In this document: positions 1 to 9,321 of the stretch, in pieces | Position numbering within the stretch: the stretch's first letter is position 1 | Layout of the letters: each line of letters begins with the position of its first letter | Source of the DNA: a bacterium | GTDB lineage: Bacteria > Actinomycetota > Acidimicrobiia > Acidimicrobiales > CATQHL01 | Direction: 5' to 3' | DNA length: 62,142 nt | NCBI GenBank assembly: GCA_026706565.1 | Contig: JAPOYM010000071.1 | Span: forward strand, 1-62,142 | Notes under the pieces: model-generated | Databases searched by the model: none | Told to the model about the DNA's origin: nothing | The model's input: the letters and a program-made list of their open reading frames with translations, nothing else | Translations under genes and position numbers: made by a program

Positions 1-88
1 CGCCCTCTTCGGCGAAGCGCAGTGCCGCCGCCCTGCCCTGGCCGGAGCCCGCCCCAGTGATGATGCATACCTTGCCCTCGAGTCTCAT
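1..88 (-). CDS. short-chain dehydrogenase/reductase, N-terminal fragment (continues past window edge)
   Basis: Reverse translation from ATG at 88 gives MRLEGKVCIITGAGSGQGRAAALRFAEEG, which contains the TGxxxGxG Rossmann motif of SDRs. Confidence 0.6.
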   Translation of the reverse strand, partial: MRLEGKVCIITGAGSGQGRAAALRFAEEG

Positions 89-117
89 GGCGTCAGCACC
101 AAGGGCCGCGGGGCGAC

Positions 118-137
118 TGGATTCCGGCCTCCGCCGG
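118..137. repeat. partial copy of REP-like palindromic element (TGGATTCCGGCCTCCGCCGG...)
   Basis: Shares the ATTCCGGC-CTCC-GCCGG core with the copies at 3699 and 33586. The 3' arm is truncated. Confidence 0.5.
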
Positions 138-240
138 CACGACGACGCGGGGCGGATCGCGCGGCACGACGACGCGGGGCGGATCGCGCGGCACGACGAG
201 GCGGGGCGGATCGCGCGGCACGACGAGGTGGGGCGGGGGG
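135..240. repeat. 27-bp tandem repeat, about 3.9 copies (CGGCACGACGACGCGGGGCGGATCGCG)
   Basis: Units start at 135, 162, 189 and 216. The array is intergenic, between the stop of the 248..1408 gene and the SDR start. Confidence 0.85.
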
Positions 241-247
241 CATGGCC

Positions 248-1408
248 TCAGCGGCTCTCGGCGCGGGCGGTGGCGGTCCAGGTGGCGACGTGCTCGCCGG
301 CGTCGACGATCTCGGATCGGCCCAGCATGTGGAACGCCGAGCAGATGTGGTTGGGCAGGATCTGCACACGCTGGCCGATGGTCAGCTCGGTGGGCGGACC
401 GTCGCCCGTCCAGCGCAGCCAGCCGTGCTCCTCCGAGAGCTGGTACAGCTCCCAGCCCGGCAGGTCCACGACCAGGCCGTAGCCGCCGGGCGCGCCCGGC
501 ACATGGATGCCGAGACGGTCGTGGCTGACCGACTTGGAGCCGGCGTCCAGGATGGCCCTGTCCCGCTCGACGTGGCTGACCACCGTGGCCACCACCCGGG
601 CCGCGCAGCGGTCGAAGCCCACCACGCCGCGCAGCACCTGCCCATAATCGTTGAAGGCGTAGATGCCGGGACGGACCTGGGTGATGCCGTCCACCGCCGT
701 GGTGTGGCGGGCGGTGGCGCTGGAGCCCACCGACACCACGTCGATGTCGAGGCCCCTGGCCCGCAGTTCGTCGGCGGCGGCGACCATCAACTCCCCGGCG
801 TCGACCGAGGCGTTGTGCAGGCCGTCGGTGCCGGGCTTGGAGTAGGCGTGGCCCTCATGGGTGATGAGTCCCCGCAGCCGCAGCCCCGGCAGGGGCGCGA
901 TCGCGGCCCCGAAGTCGACGGCCTCGCCGGCGGCCACCCCGCAGCGGTGGTAGCCGGTGTCGACGATGACCAGCACATCGGCGGCCGTTCCCGCAGCCGC
1001 CATGCCGGCCCCCAACGCCTCGGCGCCGGCGAACGAGTCCACCGAGAGCAGGATGCTGGCACGCTCCATGAGGCGGCGGGCGCGGGCGATCTTGGCCTCC
1101 CCCACGATCGGGTAGGCCATGACGAAGCGGTCGAGGCCCGCGTCGGCCAGCACCTCGGCCTCGCCCAGTTTGGCGATGCAGAGCATCTCCGCCCCGGCGG
1201 CCATCTGCAGGCGGGCGATCTCGGGTGTGCGGTGGGTCTTGGCGTGTGGCGCCAGGCCGATGCCTCTGCCGGCCGCATAGGCCGCCATGTCGTCGATGTT
1301 CTGTTGCATGCGGGTGCGGTCGACCACCAGCGAGGGCGTCTCGATGCTCTCGGGGACGTCCAGGAGGCCGCCGATGGGAATCGTCTGCTCAGCCATCGTC
1401 TGCTCCAA
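248..1408 (-). CDS. PLP-dependent alanine-racemase-N-domain protein, D-threonine aldolase / D-serine dehydratase-like (DSD1 family)
   Basis: 386-aa ORF with typical family layout: PSLVVD...NI..M, HAKTH lysine region, and C-terminal HGW...ILPNH(I)C motif. Confidence 0.75.
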   Translation of the reverse strand: MEQTMAEQTIPIGGLLDVPESIETPSLVVDRTRMQQNIDDMAAYAAGRGIGLAPHAKTHRTPEIARLQMAAGAEMLCIAKLGEAEVLADAGLDRFVMAYPIVGEAKIARARRLMERASILLSVDSFAGAEALGAGMAAAGTAADVLVIVDTGYHRCGVAAGEAVDFGAAIAPLPGLRLRGLITHEGHAYSKPGTDGLHNASVDAGELMVAAADELRARGLDIDVVSVGSSATARHTTAVDGITQVRPGIYAFNDYGQVLRGVVGFDRCAARVVATVVSHVERDRAILDAGSKSVSHDRLGIHVPGAPGGYGLVVDLPGWELYQLSEEHGWLRWTGDGPPTELTIGQRVQILPNHICSAFHMLGRSEIVDAGEHVATWTATARAESR

Positions 1409-1868
1409 TCACGAACGTCGCTTCGATGACGATCGGCAGGCCGAAGGGGAGGCTCGCCACGCCCACGACCGAGCGGGCCGGCCGGGCGTCGGGACCGAAC
1501 GCGGCGTCGAGAACCTCGCTCGCCCCGTCGAGCACCTTGGCGTGGTCCTCGAACCCGGCGGCGGCGTTGACGTAGCCGGTCATCCGGAGGGTGCTGCTGA
1601 TCGCCGAGAGGCCGCCGAGCGCCCCGGCCGCCGACGCCAGCAGGCTGAGCACTGTCGCCGCCGCGGCGGCACGTCCCTCCTCCAGGGTGAGCTCCTCGCC
1701 CACGACGCCGCGGTGTGTGAACTCCCCGTCGGGGCCGAACGGGCCGTGCGCGCTGAGGTGCAGCAGGTCGCCGTGGCGGCGGGCGGGCACGTAGAGGCCC
1801 TTAGGCGTGGGCAGCGGCGGCAGTTCCCACCCTGCCTCCCGCAGGCGCTCCAACGGGGTGCTGGCCAA
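1389..1868 (-). CDS. RidA/YjgF family protein (start uncertain; TTG 1868 or GTG 1934)
   Basis: The C-terminal 157 aa of ORF 1389..2564 (STPLERLREAGWELPP...GYVNAA...RSVVGVASLPFGLPIEIEA-like) match the RidA fold pattern. The upstream part of the ORF overlaps the aminoacylase gene and the 48-bp repeats. Confidence 0.65.
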   Translation of the reverse strand: MASTPLERLREAGWELPPLPTPKGLYVPARRHGDLLHLSAHGPFGPDGEFTHRGVVGEELTLEEGRAAAAATVLSLLASAAGALGGLSAISSTLRMTGYVNAAAGFEDHAKVLDGASEVLDAAFGPDARPARSVVGVASLPFGLPIVIEATFVIGADDG

Positions 1869-1931
1869 GCCGCCGGGCTCAGCGGCCGCGGGCTCCAGGG
1901 CGCCGGTCCGCGAGCCGGCCACAGCGGTGCT

Positions 1932-2065
1932 CACGCCGCCGCCCGGCGCCGGCTGCGCCGCACCCGCCGAGGGCACGCTCACGCCGCCGCCCGGCGCCGG
2001 CTGCGCCGCATCCGCCGAGGGCACGCTCACGCCGCCGCCCGGAGCTGGCTGTGCAGCACCCGGCC
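1932..2065. repeat. 48-bp tandem repeat, about 2.7 copies, spanning the 3' end of the D-aminoacylase gene
   Basis: Units start at 1932, 1980 and 2028 (the last diverged). Each junction carries TCA, which is a reverse-strand TGA. Confidence 0.85.
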
Positions 2066-3625
2066 GGGCCGGGCGCCGGTGTGGGCGTCGTCGTCTTTCA
2101 CCAGTTCGCCGTTCACCAGAACCCAGGGCATCCCCTCGGGGTGTTGGCGGGGAGCCTCGAAGGTGGCGGTGTCGCGCACGCTGTCGGGGTCGAAGACCAC
2201 GATGTCGGCCCAGAAGCCGGGGCGCAACAGCCCACGGTCGAACTGGCGCAACCGCAGGCTCGGCAGGGCGGCCAGCTTGCGGACGATCTCCGGCCAGCCG
2301 AAGAGGCCCTCGTCGCGGGCGTAGTGGGCCAGGTAGCGGGCGAACGTGCCCCAGGCGCGCGGGTGCGGGCGGGCACCGGTCATGATTCCGTCGCTGCCGC
2401 CCATGTGGAAGGGCAACCGCATGATGGTGCGCACGTTCTCCTCGTGGCCCACGTGGGTGAGGATGTTGACGTTCAGGCGCTCGTCGAACATCAGCCGGCG
2501 GGCCGCCTCCCAGGGCGCAACGGCCATCTCGGCGGCTATCTCCGAGACGCGCATCCCGACCCAACGCCGCCGTTCCTCCGAGCCCACCGAGGAGACCTCG
2601 ATGGCCGACCAGTCCATCAGTGCCCCGTGGAAGCCGTCTGTGCCGACGTCCTCCAGTTCGTGGCGGATGCGCTCAGCCGCGGCGGGGTCGGCGAGGTGCG
2701 CCAGCACCCCGTCGGGGCCCTCGGTCCAGGCCCAGTTGGGCAGGAACGCGGCCATGTACGTGGAACCCGGCACGTAGCAGTAGCTGTCGGCGGAGATCTC
2801 CAAGTCCCGCGGGTCGACGGCGGCCAGCCGCTCGACCAGCTCGCCGGCGCGCCCCTCGTTGCCGGGGAAGCTGACCTGGCAGTGCGTGAGGTGCAGCGGC
2901 GCGCCCGAGCGCAGGCACACGTCGACCATCTCGTCGTAGGCCTCCATCACGCCGCGCCCGTAGCTGCGGGTGTGGGGCGAGAAGTATCCCCCGCCGGGGA
3001 CGATCTCGCGGCACAGCTCCACCAGTTCGTCGGTCCCGGCGTACATGGCGGGCGTGTAGGTGAGACCGGTGGAGAGCCCCAGGGCCCCCTCGGCCATACC
3101 CCGCCGCACCAGGGAGCGCATCTCGGCCAGTTCGGCGTCGGTGGCCGGACGGTCGTCGGTGCCGACGGTCATCATGCGCAGGTTTCCGTGCGGCACCAGG
3201 AACGCCACGTTCAGCGAGGGCGGGGCGACCTCCAGGCGGCCCAGGTAGTCCGCCACCGAGCGCCAGCCGTAGTCCAGTCCGGGCGGGTCGCCGACCCAGC
3301 CGGCGGTCTGGGTGCGCACCGCCGCCAGGGTGAAGTCGTCCAGCGGCGCGTACGCCAGCCCGTCCTGGCCTATGACCTCGCCGGTCACGCCCTGCATGAC
3401 CTTGGCCTCGGCGGTGGGCTCGGCCAGCAGCGCCAGATCGGAGTGCGAGTGCATGTCCACGAACCCCGGCGCCACCAGGTGGCCCGACACGTCGATGACG
3501 CGCCGGGCCGCCCCGGCGGGGCCCAGGGCGGCGATGCGGCCCTCGGTGACCGCGACGTCGGCGCGGAAGGGAACGCCGCCGGTACCGTCCACGACGTGGC
3601 CGCCCGACAGCACTAGATCATGCAT
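2027..3625 (-). CDS. D-aminoacylase (N-acyl-D-amino-acid deacylase), amidohydrolase superfamily
   Basis: 532 aa. N-terminus reads MHDLVLSGGHVVDGTG...APGFVDMHSHSD (metal-binding HxH), and length and C-terminus are typical of D-aminoacylases. Confidence 0.85.
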   Translation of the reverse strand: MHDLVLSGGHVVDGTGGVPFRADVAVTEGRIAALGPAGAARRVIDVSGHLVAPGFVDMHSHSDLALLAEPTAEAKVMQGVTGEVIGQDGLAYAPLDDFTLAAVRTQTAGWVGDPPGLDYGWRSVADYLGRLEVAPPSLNVAFLVPHGNLRMMTVGTDDRPATDAELAEMRSLVRRGMAEGALGLSTGLTYTPAMYAGTDELVELCREIVPGGGYFSPHTRSYGRGVMEAYDEMVDVCLRSGAPLHLTHCQVSFPGNEGRAGELVERLAAVDPRDLEISADSYCYVPGSTYMAAFLPNWAWTEGPDGVLAHLADPAAAERIRHELEDVGTDGFHGALMDWSAIEVSSVGSEERRRWVGMRVSEIAAEMAVAPWEAARRLMFDERLNVNILTHVGHEENVRTIMRLPFHMGGSDGIMTGARPHPRAWGTFARYLAHYARDEGLFGWPEIVRKLAALPSLRLRQFDRGLLRPGFWADIVVFDPDSVRDTATFEAPRQHPEGMPWVLVNGELVKDDDAHTGARPGRVLHSQLRAAA

Positions 3626-3698
3626 GGTTCACGCCCTCATGCGAGACCTGAGGGGCCTCTGGCCCAATCCACCGGAGGGCCGAGCGGATCGCCGGACA

Positions 3699-3725
3699 AT
3701 GGATTCCGGCCTCCGCCGGAATGAC
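3699..3725. repeat. REP-like palindromic element ATGGATTCCGGC-CTCC-GCCGGAATGAC
   Basis: Perfect 8-bp arms (ATTCCGGC/GCCGGAAT) around a 4-nt loop. Intergenic. It generates the spurious 'MDSGLRRND' ORF. Confidence 0.7.
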
Positions 3726-3793
3726 CGTGATCCGCAGCATCGCTCAGCATTGTCGTCGGGCCAGCGGGGCCTCGGTTGCGGGGCCAGGGCGGC

Positions 3794-4888
3794 TCAACTC
3801 CGGAGGTTCTGGGAGTCGGCGCCGAAGATGTGGCTTCGAGCCGGGTCGAACACCAAGCGCACGTCGGACCCCGTACTGACCCGGGTGTCGGGCGGCATCC
3901 GAACTTGCACCGCATGCCCGGCCACCATCACGCTCACGAACAGGTCCGAACCGACCGGCTCCAGGAAACGGACCACGCCGGGGAGGCCCTCGGCGTCGGG
4001 CGGGGCGAGCGTGAGATGTTCGGGGCGGACACCCAGTTGGGCTTCGCCGGAAGCCTCAGCCAGCACATAGGGCGCGATCCCCGACACTGCCGGATCCACC
4101 GCAAGTTCGTAGCCCTCCACCCGGAAATACGTCTGCCCGTTGCGGCGCTCGAGCGATCCGCCGACCAGGTTCATGGGGGGAGCACCCAGGAAGGTAGCCA
4201 CGAACGTATTGGCGGGCACGTCATACACCTCGGTGGGGTCACCCATCTGCTGGATGCGGCCGTCGCGCATCACGGCGATGCGCTGGCCCATCGTCATGGC
4301 CTCTACTTGATCGTGCGTGACGTAGATCGTGGTGATGCCGAGGCGCTCGTGCAGCCCCATCAGCTCCAGGCGGGTCTGCAGGCGCAGCTGGGCGTCGAGG
4401 TTCGAGAGCGGCTCGTCCATCAGGAACACCAGCGGCTGGCGCACGATGGCCCGGGCCAAGGCCACCCGCTGGCGCTGGCCGCCCGAGAGCTGCTCGGGCA
4501 GGCGCTTGAGCAGGGCCTCGATCTCCAGCATCTCCGCCGCCCGCTGCACGGCCTCGGCGACCTCCTCGCGGGCCATGCGGGCCGTCTCGAGGGGGAACGC
4601 CACGTTCTTGTAGACGGTCATGTGCGGGTACAGGGCGTAGTTCTGGAACACCATCGCCACGTTGCGCTTGGTGGGGTCTTTGAAGTTGATGAGCTCGCCG
4701 TCGATGAGGATCTCGCCGCGCGTGGCGTCCTCCAAGCCGGCGATGAGGCGCAGGATCGTGCTCTTGCCGCACCCCGACGGGCCCAGCAGCACCAGGAACT
4801 CCCCGTCGGGGATGCGCAGGGTCACATCCTCGACGGCTTCGACACTGCCGAAATGCTTGGTCAACTGCCGCAGGATCACCTCAGCCAT
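3794..4888 (-). CDS. ABC transporter ATP-binding protein, sugar type (MalK/UgpC family)
   Basis: Walker A GPSGCGKST, signature LSGGQRQRVALARA, Walker B FLMDEPLSNLD, and a C-terminal regulatory domain. Confidence 0.9.
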   Translation of the reverse strand: MAEVILRQLTKHFGSVEAVEDVTLRIPDGEFLVLLGPSGCGKSTILRLIAGLEDATRGEILIDGELINFKDPTKRNVAMVFQNYALYPHMTVYKNVAFPLETARMAREEVAEAVQRAAEMLEIEALLKRLPEQLSGGQRQRVALARAIVRQPLVFLMDEPLSNLDAQLRLQTRLELMGLHERLGITTIYVTHDQVEAMTMGQRIAVMRDGRIQQMGDPTEVYDVPANTFVATFLGAPPMNLVGGSLERRNGQTYFRVEGYELAVDPAVSGIAPYVLAEASGEAQLGVRPEHLTLAPPDAEGLPGVVRFLEPVGSDLFVSVMVAGHAVQVRMPPDTRVSTGSDVRLVFDPARSHIFGADSQNLRS

Positions 4889-4991
4889 GGCACCTCCGAT
4901 CTCGTCTGCGGATCACTGTCGCGTGGCCGCCGCCGGACCGGGGACCGGGGACCGCTGCCCGCCGACTGGGCGCGCCCGGCGCCGCGCGGAC

Positions 4992-5957
4992 TCATTGTTT
5001 CAGGGCGCCGGCCATCGACGCCTGCACGAACCACTTCTGGAAGAACAGGAAGACGATGGTCACCGGCACGATCGTCAGGAGCGACGCCGCCGCCAGGATG
5101 CCCCAGTCGGTCACGAATTGCCCCTTCAGGGAGGCGATGCCCACCGTCAGGACCCGGAACTCGTTGTCGGTTGCCGCCACGAGCGGCCACAGGTAGCTGG
5201 CCCATGTGAGCATGAACACGAAGATGCCCAGCACCACGAGGGCCGGTTTGATGAGCGGCAGCACGATCCTGGTGAAGATGCGCCACTCGCCGGCGCCGTC
5301 GAGGCGTGCCGCCTCGTAGAGACCGTCGGGGAGGGTCTCGATGAACTGGCGCATCATGAACACCCCCAGGGGGGACACGGCGCTCGGCAGGATCAGGCCC
5401 AGGTAGGTGTCGATGTCGATCCAGTTGCCGATGATGGGCCAATCCCCGATGGTGTTCACCGTCAGGTAGGTGGGCGCCAGCACCGCCGCCACCGGCACCA
5501 TGAGCGTCGCCAGGACCACGAAGAACAGCACGTTGCGCCCCGGGAAGCGCAGGCGGGCGAAGGCGTAGCCGGCCATGGAGTTGGTGACGAGCGTGAGGAG
5601 GGTGGTGCTGCCGGCGAAGATCAGCGTGTTGATCGCCCAGCGCACGTAGCTGGTGCTGGAGAACAGGAAGCGGTAGTTCTCGAGCGTGGGCTCGCTGGGA
5701 ATCCACTCCGGCGGGTAGGTGAACAGCGAGACGCTGTCGCGGAACGCCGGCGAGATGAGGTAGAAGGCCGGACCGATGGCGATCACCACGAAGAGCGAGA
5801 GCACCACGTAGGCCAGGATCTTCCGGGTCCGGTCACTGGCGCGCTTGGCGCGGCCCGCCTCGGCGAGTCGCTCCGCCATGGCGTCGGCGTCGCTGATCTC
5901 GTCCGTCGCAGGGACCTCCTCGAGGGCCGGGGGATCGGGGGTCACGTCGCCGGCCAC
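4992..5957 (-). CDS. carbohydrate ABC transporter permease (MalG/UgpE-like)
   Basis: 321 aa, multi-TM, with the EAA-type loop YEAARLDGAGEWRIFTRIVLP. Confidence 0.85.
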   Translation of the reverse strand: MAGDVTPDPPALEEVPATDEISDADAMAERLAEAGRAKRASDRTRKILAYVVLSLFVVIAIGPAFYLISPAFRDSVSLFTYPPEWIPSEPTLENYRFLFSSTSYVRWAINTLIFAGSTTLLTLVTNSMAGYAFARLRFPGRNVLFFVVLATLMVPVAAVLAPTYLTVNTIGDWPIIGNWIDIDTYLGLILPSAVSPLGVFMMRQFIETLPDGLYEAARLDGAGEWRIFTRIVLPLIKPALVVLGIFVFMLTWASYLWPLVAATDNEFRVLTVGIASLKGQFVTDWGILAAASLLTIVPVTIVFLFFQKWFVQASMAGALKQ

Positions 5958-5958
5958 G

Positions 5959-6930
5959 TCATGCCTCGCGCTGGCGTCGCTTGCCCAGCAGCCAGAACGA
6001 CAGCGCGGTCAGGATCAGCACCACGACCAGCAGCCCGATGCTGGAGGCGTACGCCAGGCCGGTGTCCTGGAACTTGAACAATCGCTTGTGGATGAACCAC
6101 ACCACCGTGGCGGTGCCGAGTCTCGGGCCGCCGTCGGTGAGCACCTGCACCGAGTCGAAGAGCTGGAAGTTGAAGATGACGGCGATCACCAGGGCGAACA
6201 GCAGCAGCGGGCGCAGTGTCGGCACGGTTATGCGCCGGAACCGGCGCCACTTGCCCGCACCGTCGATGCGGGCGGCGGCCTGCAGCTCCTCGGGCACGCT
6301 CTGCAGGCCCGCCAGGTAGAACAGCACCCAGAAGCCCAGGCCGCGCCACACCTCCACCGCCACGATGGTCAGCAGCGCGTTGGGATTGTCGCCCAAGAAG
6401 TTGATGCCGTCGCCCCCGAAGATCCCCCGCTCGATGAGGTTCAGAACCCCGAAGTCGAAGTGGGTCATGAAGAACCACATCATGGCCCCGAGGATCGGCG
6501 GTGCCAGCAGCGGAAAGTACAGAGCCACCTTGTAGAAGTTGCTGCCCCGCTTGTATCGATTCAGCAACGACGCCAAGAAGATGGCCAGGGCGAACACCAC
6601 CCCGATGGCGATGACGACGTAGATGCTGGTGTTCTTGACGGCAGTACGGAGTTCGGAGTCACCCCAGGCTCGGGTCCAGTTCTCGAAGCCCACGAACTTG
6701 CGGTCGTCGACGATGCCGCCCTGGTTGAAGCTCAGGAAGATGCCCCAGCCGACGGGAATGGCTAGGAAGACGCCCCAGACGATGAGGTACGGCGACAGGA
6801 AGCCCGCAGCGCGCCTAACGGTGCGGAAGCGGTAATGGCGTGCGCGCCGACGGTACTCGGCGGCACCGAGGCTGGGCATCGTCCAGTCGTCGGCCGCCAT
6901 CTCCGGCGCCGGTGCGTCAACCGCTGTCAC
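5959..6930 (-). CDS. carbohydrate ABC transporter permease (MalF/UgpA-like)
   Basis: 323 aa, multi-TM, with the EAA loop AAARIDGAGKWRRFRRITVP. Confidence 0.85.
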   Translation of the reverse strand: MTAVDAPAPEMAADDWTMPSLGAAEYRRRARHYRFRTVRRAAGFLSPYLIVWGVFLAIPVGWGIFLSFNQGGIVDDRKFVGFENWTRAWGDSELRTAVKNTSIYVVIAIGVVFALAIFLASLLNRYKRGSNFYKVALYFPLLAPPILGAMMWFFMTHFDFGVLNLIERGIFGGDGINFLGDNPNALLTIVAVEVWRGLGFWVLFYLAGLQSVPEELQAAARIDGAGKWRRFRRITVPTLRPLLLFALVIAVIFNFQLFDSVQVLTDGGPRLGTATVVWFIHKRLFKFQDTGLAYASSIGLLVVVLILTALSFWLLGKRRQREA

Positions 6931-7131
6931 AATGCCCTCGCGGTGGTGTGCCTCCCGGTAGATCGCACCTCACGAACCCCAACGTGCCTGCCGCGATGTC
7001 CTGCAACTACGTCGTGATCGTTGTGGCCGGGGGCCGGCAAGCCCTCGTCGGTACCTGCCGGCCCCCGGTCCATGAGCAGCATCATCGGCCGGCCCCGTGG
7101 TCTTCACCGTCAGCGCTGGCCGGTGCGTCGG

Positions 7132-8856
7132 CTACTCGCGCTCGAGGATCTCAGTGGCGCGTGCCTGGCCTTCAGCCAGAGCATCGTCGACCGACACCTC
7201 GCAGGAGGCGGCTGCCTCGAGTGCCTTGCCGTATTCGTCGAGGATCTGAGCGATCTTCGGGTGCGTGACGAGGCCGTCCCAGGAATCCTGGATCCACTGG
7301 AGGTTCCGTTGCAGCTTCTCGTTGCCGAGGAATGTCGTGATGTCGTCCCGTGGCGTGATCCAGCCGTAGACCTCGTTGTAACCGGTCATGAACTCGGCCG
7401 AACTCAGGAACTTGACCAGCTCCCAAGCGGCTTCGGGGTGCTCGGTCTCTGCAGCAATCGACCAGTGGCCCGTCGTGGAGAACATCGTCCTAGTGCCGTC
7501 CGGTGCCCCCACGGGCTGCGCGATGTCCCAGTCGAAGGGCAGGCCCTCCTCCTCGAAGAAGGAGACGCGCAGCGGCTCATCGTGTAGGAACGCAAGTTTG
7601 CCGGCCTTGAACAGATCGATACCACCGTCACGGTTGTACTGGCCGATCGGTGGCTGTACCTGGTCGTTGCAGATGAGATCAACGGCGAACTGCACCGCCT
7701 GGCTCACCGGCTCGGAGTCGATGGTCGCAGACGTGAAGTCGTCGGAGATGATGTCGCCACCGAAGTTGTGGACGTCGTTCAGGTTGAAGTACCAGTTGAA
7801 GTCCACGACCGTCCGCGGCACGTGGAAGCCGGTGGCGTCAGTGTTTTCCTGCACAGCGCGGGCCGCAGCGATGAGTTCCTCAGTGGTGGTCGGGATCTCG
7901 CTCACGCCAGCCTGCTCCAGCAGGTCGAGATTCACGAACATCACGGTACTTCCGACGATGATCGGGACGCCGAACAGCTCCCCTTTGTAGATGCTCGCGT
8001 CGAGGGCGCTATCGACGAAGTGGGCGCGCTCGGACGCGTACTCCGGGCTGCTCATCAGCGGCAGTACGTCCATGAAGGCGCCTCGCTCGCCGAACAGTGT
8101 GAGATGCGTGCTCACCTGGTAGGTCACGTCGTACGGGTCGTCGCCGGCGAAGCTGGCGGTGTACGCCGACTCCACCTCCCCCCACGGCACGACGGTGTGC
8201 TCGATGGTGATGCCGGTCCTCTCCTCGAAGGGGGCGAACCACACCTTGAACAGCTCTTTCTCAGTCTCGCCGTGAGGCGCCTTGCCGAACTTCAGCGTGA
8301 CGCCTTCGAACGGCCGCGCCGTCGCCGCGACCGCTGCCTCAGCCTCGGCCTGCGCAGCCGCAGCGTCAGCCTGCGCAGCCGCAGCGTCAGCCTGCGCAGC
8401 CGCTGCCTCGACCTGCGCTGCCTCAGCCTCGGCCTGCGCTGCGGCGGCATCGGCAGCAGCACTGTCGACAGCGGCCTGAGCCTCAGCGAGCGCAGCCTCG
8501 GCTGCCGCCACCGCGGCTTCGTTCCCCGCGGCGGCGGACTGCGCCGCATCGGCAGCAGCCTGAGCGTCCGCGAGCGCAGCCTCGGCTGCCGCTACCTTCG
8601 CTTCGTTCCCCGCGGCGGCGGCCTGCGCTGCATCAGCGGCGGCGGCGGCAGCAGCGGCCGCACTCGTCGCCTCCTCAGCCTGTGCCAGGGCCGCTTGGAC
8701 CTCCGCCGCGTTCGCGGCGACGGCGGCAGCAGCGGCAGCGGCGGCCTCCTCGGCGGTCGTGTCCGGCTCCTCCGCGGCGCAGGATGCCGCCAACAGCCCG
8801 AGGACCGCCAGCACCACCACCGCCACGAACAGGCGCCGTCTCTGCAATATCTTCAT
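7132..8856 (-). CDS. ABC transporter substrate-binding lipoprotein with a long Ala-rich N-terminal linker
   Basis: Signal peptide plus lipobox LLAASC, then about 155 aa of A/E/Q/D low-complexity repeats, then a family-1 sugar SBP-like domain. Confidence 0.8.
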   Translation of the reverse strand: MKILQRRRLFVAVVVLAVLGLLAASCAAEEPDTTAEEAAAAAAAAVAANAAEVQAALAQAEEATSAAAAAAAAADAAQAAAAGNEAKVAAAEAALADAQAAADAAQSAAAGNEAAVAAAEAALAEAQAAVDSAAADAAAAQAEAEAAQVEAAAAQADAAAAQADAAAAQAEAEAAVAATARPFEGVTLKFGKAPHGETEKELFKVWFAPFEERTGITIEHTVVPWGEVESAYTASFAGDDPYDVTYQVSTHLTLFGERGAFMDVLPLMSSPEYASERAHFVDSALDASIYKGELFGVPIIVGSTVMFVNLDLLEQAGVSEIPTTTEELIAAARAVQENTDATGFHVPRTVVDFNWYFNLNDVHNFGGDIISDDFTSATIDSEPVSQAVQFAVDLICNDQVQPPIGQYNRDGGIDLFKAGKLAFLHDEPLRVSFFEEEGLPFDWDIAQPVGAPDGTRTMFSTTGHWSIAAETEHPEAAWELVKFLSSAEFMTGYNEVYGWITPRDDITTFLGNEKLQRNLQWIQDSWDGLVTHPKIAQILDEYGKALEAAASCEVSVDDALAEGQARATEILERE

Positions 8857-9321
8857 CCGTCATCCCCTCTCAGAGTGATCGTCCGTTGCGCGCCCGCACT
8901 CAACCCCGCGGAATCGCCGAGCCCCAACACAGGCGAGGACATGCACCCTCAGCCCAGCCGAGGCGCTCAGCGCAACAGCATCGTCGGCAACCCTTGCGAG
9001 AAGAGCCACAGGCAAGCGCTGACTATAGATCACGACCCGCCGACTCACATGAGGCACATCCCGACACGCCCGCGACTGCGACTGGAACTACCGCAGAGTT
9101 CGCCGCGCCACGGCGCCAGCGTGTTGCTCCCAGGCGCGATGGATCGACTCGGCAGGCGTACCGCAGCTCACCGCGCGTCGACGGGCACGACGCGCCGTTG
9201 GGGACATCGATGCCGTACGGCCGACGACGCTGACCGCGGTTCGCCCTACTGGTCTCGTCTGGTCCGCAGGCGAAGCTGACCGGGCAGCCCCGATGTCCTC
9301 GGACGCAGTAGCGATCTGAGA

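Noticed and set aside
242-5209. Long forward-strand ORFs (242..1429, 2051..3616, 3776..5209) opposite the reverse-strand genes
   Set aside because: Their translations are low-complexity and rich in Arg, Gly, Ala, Pro and His, with no motifs. They mirror well-supported genes on the other strand, the typical high-GC shadow-ORF pattern. The same applies to 17015..19141(+), 19131..20540(-), 28941..30932(+), 40260..41534(+) and 53467..54273(-).
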